A stretch of DNA of 64,000 nucleotides from Bilabrum cf. latius (Eukaryota): contig OZ237769.1 of the NCBI GenBank assembly GCA_965178125.1, positions 1 through 64,000 of the forward strand, read 5' to 3'. Position numbers and translations under genes: made by a program. Positions 36,989 through 51,233 of this stretch are shown here, piece after piece. Position 1 is the stretch's first letter, and each line of letters starts with the position of its first letter. The notes under the pieces were generated by a model. The model was not told where the DNA came from. It saw only the letters and a list, made by a program, of their open reading frames with translations, and searched no databases.

Positions 36989-37931
36989 CTTATCGGATGC
37001 CAGGATGCAGTCTCTGCCTTGGCGTGTAACTTGCGTAAGTTATTCAGCTGAGCATTTTGGACACAGCGGTTTGGTACGGGGTTTCTTTATTTGCTTAGAG
37101 TATCGATTAAGATATCTAAAAAAATATCGGGCAGGGTCAGCTGTTCGTTCGCGAACAACAAGTTGTGTAAATATCGAGTTAAACTAAACTTGCTGCACAC
37201 CTTCAGCTCGCAGCTTTGGTGCGTTCGAGTGTACAACACTGGGTACGACGGTGCCGTGGCAGTGACAACCTGTGACGGTGAGCGACCCCGGCAACCCTGC
37301 GCGCACACGTTCATACGCCATGGCTATAGATTGCATACTATGTTTGTTGCAACAATGTCTGCACGAAATATCGTAGGGCAGCAGCCGGCAAGGCCATTCA
37401 TCCGGCTCCCCCCAGGCCACCCACAGGACCAGCTTGCGACCAGCTGCGCGACCACCCTGCGAGTCACGCCCGCGCTGGGCTTTCCTCGCTTCGGGACCAG
37501 GTGCGCCCTGCTCCCGGCCCCTTCCCCCCCGTAAGGCAGACGGGGGAAGGGGCCTAAGGCCATGTCTAGTTAAACAAGCTTTTACAAGCTACCCTCAATA
37601 GGCTGCATTACTTTCAGTAGGCGACTGCGCCTCAAGGCAGTCAATGCAGGGGCAGGCCATTACAAGTGCAACAGAGTGCCCCGGGCGCCTTTCCCAGCAG
37701 AATGCATGCCAAATGCACGCGTACCTCCGGCTCTGAAGCCGTTCACAGCCCTTTCAATGTCGCCTCCCTGTAGGTAACCTTCACCCTGTACTTCCCAGTG
37801 CAAAGTCTCCAACCCCACCATCAACCTCTTCCTCAAGCCGCATCTTCCTACATCAATCGCTCTGGTCACCTGCCATGCAACCGTCACCTGCCCGTTCGCC
37901 AGAGCTTCTCCAACCCTCATCCAACGGAGGG

Positions 37932-39209
37932 TCAAGAAAGCGGGGCAGGTGAACGATTGGCCTCCTTCCCTTTGGATTTCCACATAGGAGATGGGTGGCT
38001 CTCAAATTCCACCTGCGAGCCCCCAAGAGCACTCTCCGCGTCCTACGCAGCAGCAGCTGTAGGTCTGTCTAGTCTACCAGTAGCAGCACCGCTTGTGGTC
38101 TAGGCGGGCGCTGGAACAGACGGACTTCGGGTTGCCCGACTCTGGAATGCCGGGTGCCCACACATCCAAGCAAGTTGCGTACTCAGCACAGGCTCTACCA
38201 CGGAGTACAAAGCCCTGATACTCAGGATGATACCCATAACGAGACCCGCGATCGACCCGACGAGCAATCCAGTCCTGCGATCCCGTTTGCTGCTGGTGCT
38301 GACAGTTTGCTTGATGGTGCTACCTACGCCCATAGCAGATACACCAGCACTACCACCAACCTAATTGCCGCTGCTAAGACTGTCAACACCCCCGGCTGCC
38401 GAAGCCGTCACCGCTTGCCGCTCTGTCACCGCGAACACCACCGATCTGCGAACCTCGATCTGCAGCAGCGTCATTGAGACATTCACGTCAATGCTGCCAA
38501 CTGACCGAGTCGAGGTTGATCCAGCACGGGCGTTGTGCACCTTGAAGCCCTCCGATATCACCATTTCACTGCTGTTCGACTCGTCCATCAGCAGGTGGCC
38601 AACAAGGGCGATGGCCTCCGTGCGCAGGCTCAGCATCTCATCCGCATGCATGCTAGCATTCGGCACCCCAGCATCGATGGCCGGTGGCATGGCCACACCG
38701 TCCTCCAGCGACCACGCGTCCTCGGCGTCCATCGTGGCCAGCCGCCAGCCGACCACCTGCGCCGCCCAGTGCGCTTCGACTCGCAGCAAAGTAGCCTCAG
38801 TGAGGTCGCAGTCGGCGCACATGGCACGCATCCAGCACAGCGTCCCTCCATATCCACCCCTTGTCCCGAGCTCCTGGATCTCGATACTTGCTGTCAGGCC
38901 CATCAAGGACTTGCTTGGTGCCGACTGTCCGTCGCTCGACGTGATGGAAACGTGAGCCTGGTCTACGGTCAGATGCAGAGCATCCCGGCAGCCCACGAGC
39001 TGCGTGTGTGGCACGGCTACGTCCAACACCACGTCAGTACGCAAACCGACTGCACGGTTAGCTCCTGGAACACCGTTTGCGGCTACTCTGAGCTCATCGG
39101 CGGAAATGGTGCTCGTGTTGGCTGCAGGTACGTTGGTCCGCTGTCTGCGTTGCGCTGCGGGCGCGGGAAATGTTGGGGGGATCGTACGATTGCTGGAGCC
39201 CGCACTCAT
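37932..39209 (-). CDS. Hypothetical membrane protein with a C-terminal TM helix, possibly a 5'-truncated fragment
   Basis: ORFs 38361..39209 and 38100..38333 join through TAGs (38361, 38100, about 38043) and end at TGA 37932; hydrophobic segment LLVGSIAGLVMGIILSIRALYSVV. Confidence 0.55.
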
Positions 39210-39324
39210 CAGCTCTGAAATTGTAGCTCATTACATCGGGCATGCTTGATCCAAGTGATTGAAAATACTGCATTCTCACTTTATCGATGCACACCCTGGA
39301 AAAATCCACTTTGAGCAGATGCGC

Positions 39325-42300
39325 TGTGTTAGAGTATTAGTCTATAGAAGTCTGCCAGGCCCATTCATGAACTCAACTTTTGAGCCCCCTTGCAAAGGCC
39401 CCGCGCGGGCGCCGCCCGGCGCCACCGGTGCGCACCCCGTGCCCGCACCCGGGGCGGGGGCCCGCGGGGAACAGCGCCGGGCGGAACCGGGCGCGCGGGG
39501 CCGAAAACCGGTCCGCGAAACTGGTCGCAAGCGCGTTTCGCCCGGCCCCTCCGGAACCAGGACCTAACTCGAAAATCCGGCTTAGTACTTTTTTAAGTTT
39601 GCACGTTTCGCTCCGTTCGGGCCGCACGGCGCGGGCGCGCGCGGCGCCGGCGGGGCTGGCACTATTTTTCGAGTCGCGCCGAGATCCGGGCGCGCCGGGC
39701 GCCGGACCGCGGCGCCGCCCCCCGCATGTCGAGCGCAACGAATCGAATTAATCGACGGACCGGGACTGGCACGGGCAAACGGCGCTTCCGGCGGAGCCCC
39801 GGGCCGAAAAGCAGTTCGTCGCAATCGGTTTCGCGCATTTCTGCCAATCATCTTCGTCGCCAACCGGGCATCCGAACATCCGAGGCCAGCGCACCAAAAC
39901 ATCACGAAACCGGCGCGAGCGTCCCTTCAATGCCTTGAACGCAGGCAGCGGCCGCCATTGCTGCGGGCCGCTGGCGGCGGCAGGCCGCAGGGCGGCGCCG
40001 CGTCCGCCGGAATCCAGATGTTTGCCATTCCTGCGCGATCTGGCGTCGGCAAGGACGGTCGGGGCGCCGCGGCGCACCGATTCCAAACCGATGGAGGCCG
40101 CGCCAAAGCCCAAACGCACTAGTCAACACACAGAAACACAATTACGTGGCCAGCCGCTCCCGAAAACGCCTTCCGATTTGCAGGGAGCAAGGTGTCGTGC
40201 CGACGAACGCCCAGGAGCTCGAAGCCGCACGAATCGCGCGCATCATCCCCGCGTAACGTACGTATCGCGGGGCATAACGTGCATTATAATCATACAAGCG
40301 TACATTTGACCAGCCGCGCGCGACTTCGAACCCTTCCAACGCTGGGGCAGAGCGATTTTGCCACCGCACCGTGGTCCGCCACCGGTGCAGCGGCCGAGGG
40401 ACAGGGGAGGGGGGCCTCCCCCGGCAGCAAGCACTAGCGCTCAAGGGGGAGGCCGCCCAACCCTAGACAAGGACCGGCTGCACCTCCCTCTCCGGGCAAG
40501 ATCCGGCCTCGCACGCACTCGGTCAAACAGACGCCTCAGGCTCAAGCAAGAGGCGGCAAGGCAGCTCATGAAGCAAGGCGTGCGAGTGCGCCGCAGGCGG
40601 ATCTTCAGCGAAGCGGCTAGGCTAGGGTGCAGTGGAATGCCAGAGAGCTGCCTCTGAGAGCGACCGTGCGCGCCGCAGGCCGAGCTCTGCAGGTTGGGCG
40701 TGCGTGTGCGCCGCGGACGGACGGACCTTTAGCGAAGCCACTGGGCTGGGCTAGGGCGGAGCGGGGAGTTTAAGATTCCACGCGTGCCCGCATGGTCTGC
40801 AACCAGTGCAGCGACCGAGGGACAAGGGAGGGGGGCCTCCCCCGGCTGCAAGCACTAGCGCTGAAGGGGGAGGCCGCCCAACCCTAGGCAAGGACCGGCC
40901 GCGCCTCCCTCTCCGGGCAGGATCCGGCCTCGCACGCACTCGTCGGCCAAACGCCCTTGGGCGCTAGTGCTTGCTGCCGGGGGAGGCCGACGACCCCTAC
41001 CCTCCCTAGCAAAGGACCGGCCGCGCCCCCTCTCCGGTGTGCAGCGATCGAGGGACACGGGGATGGGGGAGCCTGCCGTGGTAGTGAGCACAAGCGCCCT
41101 GGTGGAGCACACCCCCCATCCGTAGGCACCACACAGCAAGCGCAAGGAGGCCATGCAGCGCAGCCGGATGTAAAGCGGGCCACCCGAACTGTTACACAGG
41201 CCTGGCTGAGAATCCTTGGGGCTTCGCTTCAGCATTTGCATTTGTTCCGCAATGTTAACATTCCGAGTCTGCGCGGCGCAACCAAGCAAGAAACACAGCC
41301 TCATTCTCCTCGAAGGTGTCATGAAATCTAGCTCGTCTCAGGTACCGGCAGCTTCAAGCTCTACGCCGTGAGTATGATTTCGGTCCAAAGCTGCAGTGCT
41401 TGCAGCCGTTAGTGTCAGCTAGGCGACTTAATGGCCATGATGTGTAGTGGGCTGGATACAAGAACTGTTTCGGAGGCGTCTTCCACGCACCGCATGACTT
41501 ATAGGGTTGCAGAACAGGCTAGATTTGTTACAAACGAATATACTAACTTGCATACGCGATCATGCAGCATATTTCTCGTGGTTTCTGGGTCAATTGGACC
41601 AGAAACTTAAGTTCTAGCGAGGATTTTGCGATCTTTTAAGGGAAATTTGCTTGACTCAAGTTGTATTCGTGCCGCTACACGGCAAGCCAGAAATGACATG
41701 GCAGCACATTGCAAATGTTAAATAACGAATTGCACGTTTTGCTTGATTCATGCTGTGTTAATTGGCCATAGCCTTCTTGAGCGATTGATTGAGCTGTCCT
41801 TGCTCTCTGTGAGTTGCACTTGCACTTGCACTTGCACTTGCTTTGCGTGTGCGAGTTGCAGATTGTATCGTCCATCATGTTGTATTTATTATTAGGAACG
41901 TTGAAGTTATGACAAGTGCTGTCGCTCGTTCGCACGCGATGCGTTGCCAAGAAATTTTGGGTCAGGCCCAATGATGCACCCCAGCGTGTGCACTGTATTG
42001 CAATACAAGCCAGAGATGCAGCAGAGAGGCACGAGATGGCAGCCGCGCGGTGATACGTGCGCCGCAGGCCGCGCTCCACAGGTTAGGCGTGCGTGTGCGC
42101 CGCAGGCGGATCTTCAGCGAAGCGGCTGGGCCAGGGTTGATTAGGGAGCCGCGTAAGTGCTACGCTTGCCCTCGGACCCCGCCTGGCGGGCCTGGCGGGA
42201 TGGCCTGTCGAGAGTGATCGTAGCGCACCTGGTCCTGCTCGCTGGGCCAGCTACCGCGACGAATTAAATGCCTACAGAAGTACTGCGATGAATAGCATGC

Positions 42301-45300
42301 ACTTTACCAGCCCTGGGACCGCGCCCTGACACTCCACCACCGTATTCCCACACGGATCCGGAGCCGCGGAGCACCTGCTCGCACCACACCGGCCAACCAC
42401 CCCCCCCAACCCCCCCCCCCCCCGCCCAACCCCTCCCACGGGCAGGAAACCGAAGAAGGCCTTCCCCCGCGGCACAAACAGCGCCCCGGGGGAAGGCCTA
42501 GAGACAAAACCTTGTTAGTGTATTAGTCTATAGGAACCTGCCAGGCCCATTCATGAACTCAACTTTTGAGCCCCCTTGCCGAAGCCCTTGCTTGGCGCCG
42601 CCCGGCGCCACCGGTGCGCACCCCCCGCCCGCACCCGGGGCGGGGGCCGGCGGGGAACAGCGCCGGGCGGAACCGGGCGCGCGGGGCCGAAAACCGGTCC
42701 GCGAAACTGGTCGCAAGCGCGTTTCGGCCGGCCCCTCCGGAACCAGGACCTAACTCGAAAATCCCGTCCGTGAACCTCCCGCTCCGTCTTATTTTGCTGG
42801 GTCCGGGCCGGCCGGCGCGCCCGCGCGCCCGGCGGATAGGGCCCAGATAAGGATCGTCGTTTTCCAGGATCCCGCCGCTGCGCCCCGCCGCAGGGCCCAG
42901 CGGCCCGCGCCGTCCGCTAGATGAAACCCCGCGGCAACTTTTGGGCCTGGCTGAGGGCCGCCGAAAGGCCGCGGCAGGGTCGCAAATGGGCGCCGAAGTC
43001 GCGGCGCGAAACCGATTTTCATTCATCTTCGTCGCCAACCGGGCATCCGAGCATCGGAGGCCAGCGCACCAAAACATCGCGAAACAGGCGCGAGCGTCCC
43101 TTTAATGCCTTGAACGCAGGCAGCGGCCGCCACTGCTGCGGGCCGCTGGCGGCGGCAGGCCGCAGGGCGGCGCCGCGTCCGCCGGAATCGAGATGTTTGC
43201 CATTCCTGCGCGATCTGGCCCCGGCAAGAACGGTCGCGACGCGGCGGTGCACCGATTCCGAACCGATGGAGGCCGCGCCAAAACCCAAACGCACTGAATA
43301 TTACACAGAAACACAATTCCGTGGTCTGCCGCTCCCGAAAACGCCTTCCGATTTGCAGGGAGCAAGCTATCGTGCCGACGAACGCCCAGGACCTCGAAGC
43401 CGCACGAATCGCGCACATCGCCACGCTAAACGTGCTTAGCGCGGGGCAGAAAGTGTATTGCAATACTACAAGCGTGCCGTGGACCAGCTGTGCGCGAGCT
43501 TGAGCCCATTCAACGCTGCGGCAGAGCGATTTTGCCACCGCGCCGAGGTCCGCCACCGGTGCAGCGACCGAGGGACTAGGGAGGGGGGCCTCCCCCGGCA
43601 GCAAGCACTAGCGCTCAAGGGGGAGGCCGCCCACCCCTACCCAAGGACCGGCCGCGCCTCCCTCTCCGGGCAAGAGCCAGCCCCGCACGCACTCGGTCAA
43701 ACGCGAGCCCCCAGGCTCCAGCAGGAGGCGGCACGGCAGCTGCTGCGATGAGGCGTGCGTGTGCGGCGCGGACGGACGGACGTTTAGCGAAGCCACTGGG
43801 CTGAGCTAGGGCGGAGCGGGGAGTCTAAGATGCCACGCGTGCCCGCATGGTCTGCCGCCGGTGCAGCGACCGAGGGACACGGGGGTGGGGGGGCCTCCCC
43901 CGGCAGTGAGTACAAGAGCACGGGTGGAGCACACCTCCATCCCTAGGCACCACGCAGCAAGCGCGGGGGGCATGCATGGGGGTGGGGCTGCCTCCCCCGG
44001 CAGTGAGTACAAGCCACTGCTGCGGGCCGCTGGCGGCGGCAGGCCGCAGGGCGGCGCCGCGTCCGCCGGAATCGAGATGTTTGCCATTCCTGCGCGATCT
44101 GGCCCCGGCAAGAACGGTCGCGACGCGGCGGTGCACCGATTCCGAACCGATGGAGGCCGCGCCAAAGCCGAAACGCACTGAATATTACACAGAAACACAA
44201 TTCCGTGGTCTGCCGCTCCCGAAAACGCCTTCCGATTTGCAGGGAGCAAGCTATCGTGCCGACGAACGCCCAGGACCTCGAAGCCGCACGAATCGCGCAC
44301 ATCGCCACGCTAAACGTGCTTAGCGCGGGGCAGAAAGTGTATTGCAATACTACAAGCGTGCCGTGGACCAGCTGTGCGCGAGCTTGAGCCCATTCAACGC
44401 TGCGGCAGAGCGATTTTGCCACCGCGCCGAGGTCCGCCACCGGTGCAGCGACCGAGGGACTAGGGAGGGGGGCCTCCCCCGGCAGCAAGCACTAGCGCTC
44501 AAGGGGGAGGCCGCCCACCCCTACCCAAGGACCGGCCGCGCCTCCCTCTCCGGGCAAGAGCCAGCCCCGCACGCACTCGGTCAAACGCGAGCCCCCAGGC
44601 TCCAGCAGGAGGCGGCACGGCAGCTGCTGCGATGAGGCGTGCGTGTGCGGCGCGGACGGACGGACGTTTAGCGAAGCCACTGGGCTGAGCTAGGGCGGAG
44701 CGGGGAGTCTAAGATGCCACGCGTGCCCGCATGGTCTGCCGCCGGTGCAGCGACCGAGGGACACGGGGGTGGGGGGGCCTCCCCCGGCAGTGAGTACAAG
44801 AGCACGGGTGGAGCACACCTCCATCCCTAGGCACCACGCAGCAAGCGCGGGGGGCATGCAAGGGGGTGGGGCTGCCTCCCCCGGCAGTGAGTACAAGAGC
44901 ACGGGTGGAGCACACCTCCATCCCTAGGCACCACGCAGCAAGCGCGGGGGGCATGCATGGATGCACAGGAGGCCACCCGAGCACTTACGCAGGCCTGGCT
45001 GAGAATCCTTGGGGCCCTGCTTCAGCATGTGCATCTGTTCCGCAATGAAAGCATTCCGAGTCTGCGCGGCGCCACCTACCGACAACAAACACAGCTATCA
45101 TTCTCACCGACGCTGCCATGGAATCTAGCTCGTCTGGTCTACCAGCAGTTTCAAGCACTACGCCGTGAGTATGATTTTGGTCCAAAGCTGCAGTGCTCGC
45201 AGCCGTTAGTTCCAGCTAAGGTACTCCGCGGTGCCTGGCGTGTAGTGGGCTCGATAGTACAAGTGTTTCTGAAAGACCTTACACGGACAGCATGCTTCCT

Positions 45301-48300
45301 AGGGTTACCGAACGGGCTAGATATGTTATTCATGTATATGTTGACTTGCGTGCGCAACCATGTAGTGTATTGTCTGCAGATTGTGGTTTAATTGGACCAG
45401 AAACTCAAGTTTCAGGGCGCATTTCGCGATCTTTTGAGGTAAATCTGCTTGACTCAAGTTGTATTCTGGCCGCTACACGGCGTGAAGGACGTGACATGCC
45501 AGCACATTGCAAATGTTATACAACGCATTGCTCGTTTTAACCGATGCATGCCGTGCTAAGTGGCCGTAGACTTCCTAAGCGATTGTTTCAGAAAAGAATG
45601 TTGCTCTGAGCGAGTTGCAGTTGCAGTTGTGTACGAGTTGAACGTCACACTTCCGTATCGTTCTCTGCATCATACTGTATTTGGTATGAAGAATATAATG
45701 TTGTTACAATAAGCGCTAGCGTCTGTCCTCACGCAATGCGTGGCAAGCAAATATTGGTGGAGGCTCAACCCAATGCAATGCACCTCAGAGAGCGTTGCAG
45801 TGCAATGCATGCCACACACCCATGGGTTCTCACATGCCTCAGGCCCACGTGAACGAGCAGCACCTCGATCCGCGCAGAATTGGCCTGTACATCAGCAGGT
45901 AAGCTTCGCGGCTGTATACCACTAGCCCGTGCGTCCATGTAGCTGCAGCATCCCTGCCAAGGCGTCCAGCCGTTCCTTTTGTCAGCAGGTACATAACGAA
46001 AACAGATGCCACTGGCGTGCTCAGTGCGGACGAGCAGCTCATGCTACCGCGCCACATTTCGGAAGCCAAGGTTACCCCTCGATCGGTGCAGAGTCGCATC
46101 TGCCAGCGGCTGGGCTTCTGCGTGTACTCGGCCACTGGCCGTGGCTTCGTGCCTGTGGATGCAAGACCCTTCGAGCACAAGACCCACTCAGTCAAATTGA
46201 CGCCCCAGATCGGGTGAGAGGCAAGACAGCGCGGCGCAGCCTCGATGCAGGTAGCCGGAGATGCGGGCGATCCTGACGTCGTTGGGCGTGACCCCTGCCT
46301 GCTGGACGGACGCAGGCAGGCACGAGATGGCAGCCGCGCGGTGATACGTGCGCCGCAGGCCGAGCTCCACAGGTTAGGCGTGCGTGTGCGCCGCAGGCGG
46401 ATCTTCAGCGAAGCGGCTAGGCTAGGGTGCGGTGGAATGCCAGAGAGCTGTCCCTGAGAGTTACCGTGCGCGCCGCAGGCCGCGCTCCACAGGTTAGGCG
46501 TGCGTGTGCGCCGCAGGCGGATCTTCAGCGAAGCGGCTGGGCCAGGGTTGATTAGGGAGCCGCGTAAGTGCTACACTTGCCCTCGGACCCCGCCTGGCGG
46601 GCCTGGCGGGATGGCCTGTCGAGAGTGATCGTTAGCGCACCTGGTCCTGCTCGCTGGGCCAGCTACCGCGACGAATTAAACGCCTACAGAAGTACTGCGA
46701 TGAATAGCATCCACTTTACCAGCCCTGGGACCGCGCCCTGACACTCCACCACAGGGGTTCCCACATGGATCCGGAGCCGCCGAGCACCTGCTCGCACCAC
46801 ACCGGCCAACCACCCCCCCGCGCCCCTCCACGGGCAGGAAACCGAAGAAGGCCTTCCCCCGCGGCACAAACAGCGCCCCGGGGGAAGGCCTAGAGACAAA
46901 ACCTTGTGTGTTAGTGTATTAGTCTATAGGAACCTGCCAGGCCCATCCTGTTTTTAGGCTGTTTGAGCCCCTTGCCGAAGCCCTTGCCCGGCGCCGCCCG
47001 GCGCCACCGGAGCGCACCCCCCGCCCGCACCCGGGGCGGGGGCCCGCGGGGAACAGCGCCGGGCGGAACCGGGCGCGCGGGGCCGAAAACCGGTCCGCGA
47101 AACTGGTCGCAAGCGCGTTTCGCCCGGCCCCTCCGGAACCAGGACCTAACTCGAAAATCCCGTCCGTGAACCTCCCGCTCCGTCTTATTTTGCTGGGTCC
47201 GGGCCGGCCGGCGCGCCCGCGCGCCCGGCGGATAGGGCCCAGATAAGGATCGTCGTTTTCCAGGATCCCGCCGCTGCGCCCCGCCGCAGGGCCCAGCGGC
47301 CCGCGCCGTCCGCTAGATGAAACCCCGCGGCAACTTTTAAGCCGGGCCGCGGGCCGCCGAAAGGACCGCGCCGGGTCGCAAATGGGCGCCGAAGTCGCGG
47401 CGCGAAACCGATTTTCATTCATCTTCGTCGCCAACCGGGCATCCGAACATCCGAGGCCAGCGCACCAAAACATCGCGAAACAGGCGCGAGCGTCCCTTCA
47501 ATGCCTTGAACGCAGGCAGCGGCCGCCATTGCTGCGGGCCGCTGGCGGCGGCAGGCCGCAGGGCGGCGCCGCGTCCGCCGGAATCCAGATGGTTCGCCAT
47601 TCCTGCGCGATCTGGCCCCGGCATGTACGGTCGCGACGCGGCGGCGCACCGATTCCGAACCGATGGAGGCCGCGCCAAAACCCAAACGCACTGAATATTA
47701 CACAGAAACACAATTTCGTGGCCTGCTGCTCCCGAAAACGCCTTCCGATTTGCAGGGAGCAAGCTATCGTGCCGACGAACGCCCAGGAGCTCGAAGCCGC
47801 ACGAATCGCGCACATCGCCACGCTAAACGTGCGTAGCGCGGGGCAGAATGCGCATTGCAATACTACAAGCGTGCCGTGGACCAGCTGTGCGCGAGCTTGA
47901 GCCCATTCAACGCTGCGGCAGAGCGATTTTGCCACCGCGCCGAGGTCCGCCACCGGTGCAGCGACCGAGGGACGAGGGAGGGGGGCCTCCCCCGGCAGCA
48001 AGCACTAGCGCTCAAGGGGGAGGCCGCCCACCCCTACCCAAGGACCGGCCGCGCCTCCCTCTCCGGGCAAGAGCCAGCCCCGCACGCACTCGGTCAAACG
48101 CGAGCCCCCAGGCTCCAGCAGGAGGCGGCACGGCAGCTGCTGCGATGAGGCGTGCGTGTGCGGCGCGGACGGACGGACGTTAAGCGAAGCCACTGGGCTG
48201 AGCTAGGGCGGAGCGGGGAGTCTAAGATGCCACGCGTGCCCGCATGGTCTGCCGCCGGTGCAGCAACCGAGGGACACGGGGGTGGGGGGGCCTCCCCCGG

Positions 48301-50910
48301 CAGCAAGCACTAGCGCTCAAGGGGGAGGCCGCCCACCCCTACCCAAGGACCGGCCGCGCCTCCCTCTCCGGGCAAGAGCCAGCCCCGCACGCACTCGGTC
48401 AAACGCGAGCCCCCAGGTTCCAGCAGGAGGCGGCACGGCAGCTGCTGCGATGAGGCGTGCGTGTGCGGCGCGGACGGACGGACGTTTAGCGAAGCCACTG
48501 GGCTGAGCTAGGGCGGAGCGGGGAATCTAAGATGCCACGCGTGCCCGCATGGTCTGCCACCGGTGCAGCAACCGAGGGACACGGGGGTGGGGGGGCCTCC
48601 CCCGGCAGTGAGTACAAGAGCACGGGTGGAGCACACCTCCATCCCTAGGCACCACGCAGCAAGCGCGGGGGGCATGCATGGATGCACAGGAGGCCACCCG
48701 AGCACTTGCGCAGGCCTGGCCGAGAATCCTTGGGGCCCTGCTTCAGCATGTGCATCTGTTCCGCAATGAAAGCATTCCGAGTCTGCGCGGCGCCACCTAC
48801 CGACAACAAACACAGCTATCATTCTCACCGACGCTGCCATGGAATCTAGCTCGTCTGGTCTACCAGCAGTTTCAAGCACTACGCCGTGAGTATGATTTTG
48901 GTCCAAAGCTGCAGTGCTCGCAGCCGTTAGTTCCAGCTAAGGTACTCCGCGGTGCCTGGCGTGTAGTGGGCTCGATAGCACAATTGTTTCTGAAAGACCT
49001 TACACGGACAGCATGCTTCCTAGGGTTACCGAACGGGCTAGATATGTTATTCATGTATATGTTGACTTGCGTGCGCAACCATGTAGTGTATTGTCTGCAG
49101 ATTGTGGTTTAATTGGACCAGAAACTCAAGTTTCAGGGCGCATTTCGCGATCTTTTGAGGTAAATCTGCTTGACTCAAGTTGTATTCTGGCCGCTACACG
49201 GCGTGAAGGACGTGACATGCCAGCACATTGCAAATGTTATACAACGCATTGCTCGTTTTAACCGATGCATGCCGTGCTAAGTGGCCGTAGACTTCCTAAG
49301 CGATTGTTTCAGAAAAGAATGTTGCTCTGAGCGAGTTGCAGTTGCAGTTGTGTACGAGTTGAACGTCACACTTCCGTATCGTTCTCTGCATCATACTGTA
49401 TTTGGTATGAAGAATATAATGTTGTTACAATAAGCGCTAGCGTCTGTCCTCACGCAATGCGTGGCAAGCAAATATTGGTGGAGGCTCAACCCAATGCGAT
49501 GCACCTCAGAGAGCGTTGCAGTGCAATGCATGCCACACACCCATGGGTTCTCACATGCCTCAGGCCCACGTGAACGAGCAGCACCTCGATCCGCGCAGAA
49601 TTGGCCTGTACATCAGCAGGTAAGCTTCGCGGCTGTATACCACTAGCCCGTGCGTCCATGTAGCTGCAGCATCCCTGCCAAGGCGTCCAGCCGTTCCTTT
49701 TGTCAGCAGGTACATAACGAAAACAGATGCCACTGGCGTGCTCAGTGCGGACGAGCAGCTCATGCTACCGCGCCACATTTCGGAAGCCAAGGTTACCCCT
49801 CGATCGGTGCAGAGTCGCATCTGCCAGCGGCTGGGCTTCTGCGTGTACTCGGCCACTGGCCGTGGCTTCGTGCCTGTGGATGCAAGACCCTTCGAGCACA
49901 AGACCCACTCAGTCAAATTGACGCCCCAGATCGGGTGAGAGGCAAGAAAGCGCGGCGCAGCCTCGATGCAGGTAGCCGGAGATGCGGGCGATCCTGACGT
50001 CGTTGGGCGTGACCCCTCCCTGCTGGACGGACGCAGGCAGGCACGAGATGGCAGCCGCGCGGTGATACGTGCGCCGCAGGCCGAGCTCCACAGGTTAGGC
50101 GTGCGTGTGCGCCGCAGGCGGATCTTCAGCGAAGCGGCTAGGCTAGGGTGCGGTGGAATGCCAGAGAGCTGTCCCTGAGAGTTACCGTGCGCGCCGCAGG
50201 CCGCGCTCCACAGGTTAGGCGTGCGTGTGCGCCGCAGGCGGATCTTCAGCGAAGCGGCTGGGCCAGGGTTGATTAGGGAGCCGCGTAAGTGCTACGCTTG
50301 CCCTCGGACCCCGCCTGGCGGGCCTGGCGGGATGGCCTGTCGAGAGTGATCGTAGCGCACCTGGTCCTGCTCGCTGGGCCAGCTACGGCCGCAGGCGGAT
50401 CTTCAGCGAAGCGGCTAGGCTAGGGTGCGGTGGAATGCCAGAGAGCTGTCCCTGAGAGTTACCGTGCGCGCCGCAGGCCGCGCTCCACAGGTTAGGCGTG
50501 CGTGTGCGCCGCAGGCGGATCTTCAGCGAAGCGGCTGGGCCAGGGTTGATTAGGGAGCCGCGTAAGTGCTACGCTTGCCCTCGGACCCCGCCTGGCGGGC
50601 CTGGCGGGATGGCCTGTCGAGAGTGATCGTAGCGCACCTGGTCCTGCTCGCTGGGCCAGCTACCGCGACGAATTAAACGCCTACAGAAGTACTGCGATGA
50701 ATAGCATGCACTTTACCAGCCCTGGGACCGCGCCCTGACACTCCACCACAGGATTCCCACACGGATCCGGAGCCGCCGAGCACCTGCTCGTGCCACACCG
50801 GCCAACCCCCCCCCCCCCCGCCCAACCCCTCCCACGGGCAGGATACCGAAGAAGGCCTTCCCCCGCGGCACAAACAGCGCCCCGGGGGAAGGCCTAGAGA
50901 CAAAACCTTG
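39325..50910. repeat. Head-to-tail array of three composite GC-rich units (about 3.2, 4.4 and 4.0 kb) with internal sub-duplications
   Basis: Each unit starts TG(TG)TTAG(A/T)GTATTAGTCTATAG (39325, about 42513, about 46905) and ends GGAAGGCCTAGAGACAAAACCTTG. Units 2 and 3 are near-identical over long stretches; unit 1 is more diverged. Confidence 0.9.
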
Positions 50911-51233
50911 TACACTGTACAGCTCTTAGATCTAGTCTCACCCAATCCCCCCGGGTGAGGCAGTCTCCATTTATGCCCCCCGGACAGGCCCAGGGGGTTC
51001 GAGAATTGAAATCATCACCCACCCCACCCCCCCCAGGATAGTACCCCTGGGACCCCTGCCCGGGGTTGCACTTTGGATGAGCTTGGCTCTTGCGGCCGCA
51101 GTCTGGCCCGGCCGCACCCACCCACAGACCACCTCCTCGTCAGCCCTCCACGGGTCGCCTCATCAACGAGTTGCCCGTCTCTCCAGCTCAATGCTTTGCG
51201 AGTAAACTTTCACTTTGAGGTAGAATGCCAGAC

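Noticed and set aside
44957-45391. 144-aa ORF repeated in array units 2 and 3 (also 48678-49112)
   Set aside because: It is frameshifted in unit 1, the differences are not clearly biased to synonymous sites, and it has no recognisable domain.
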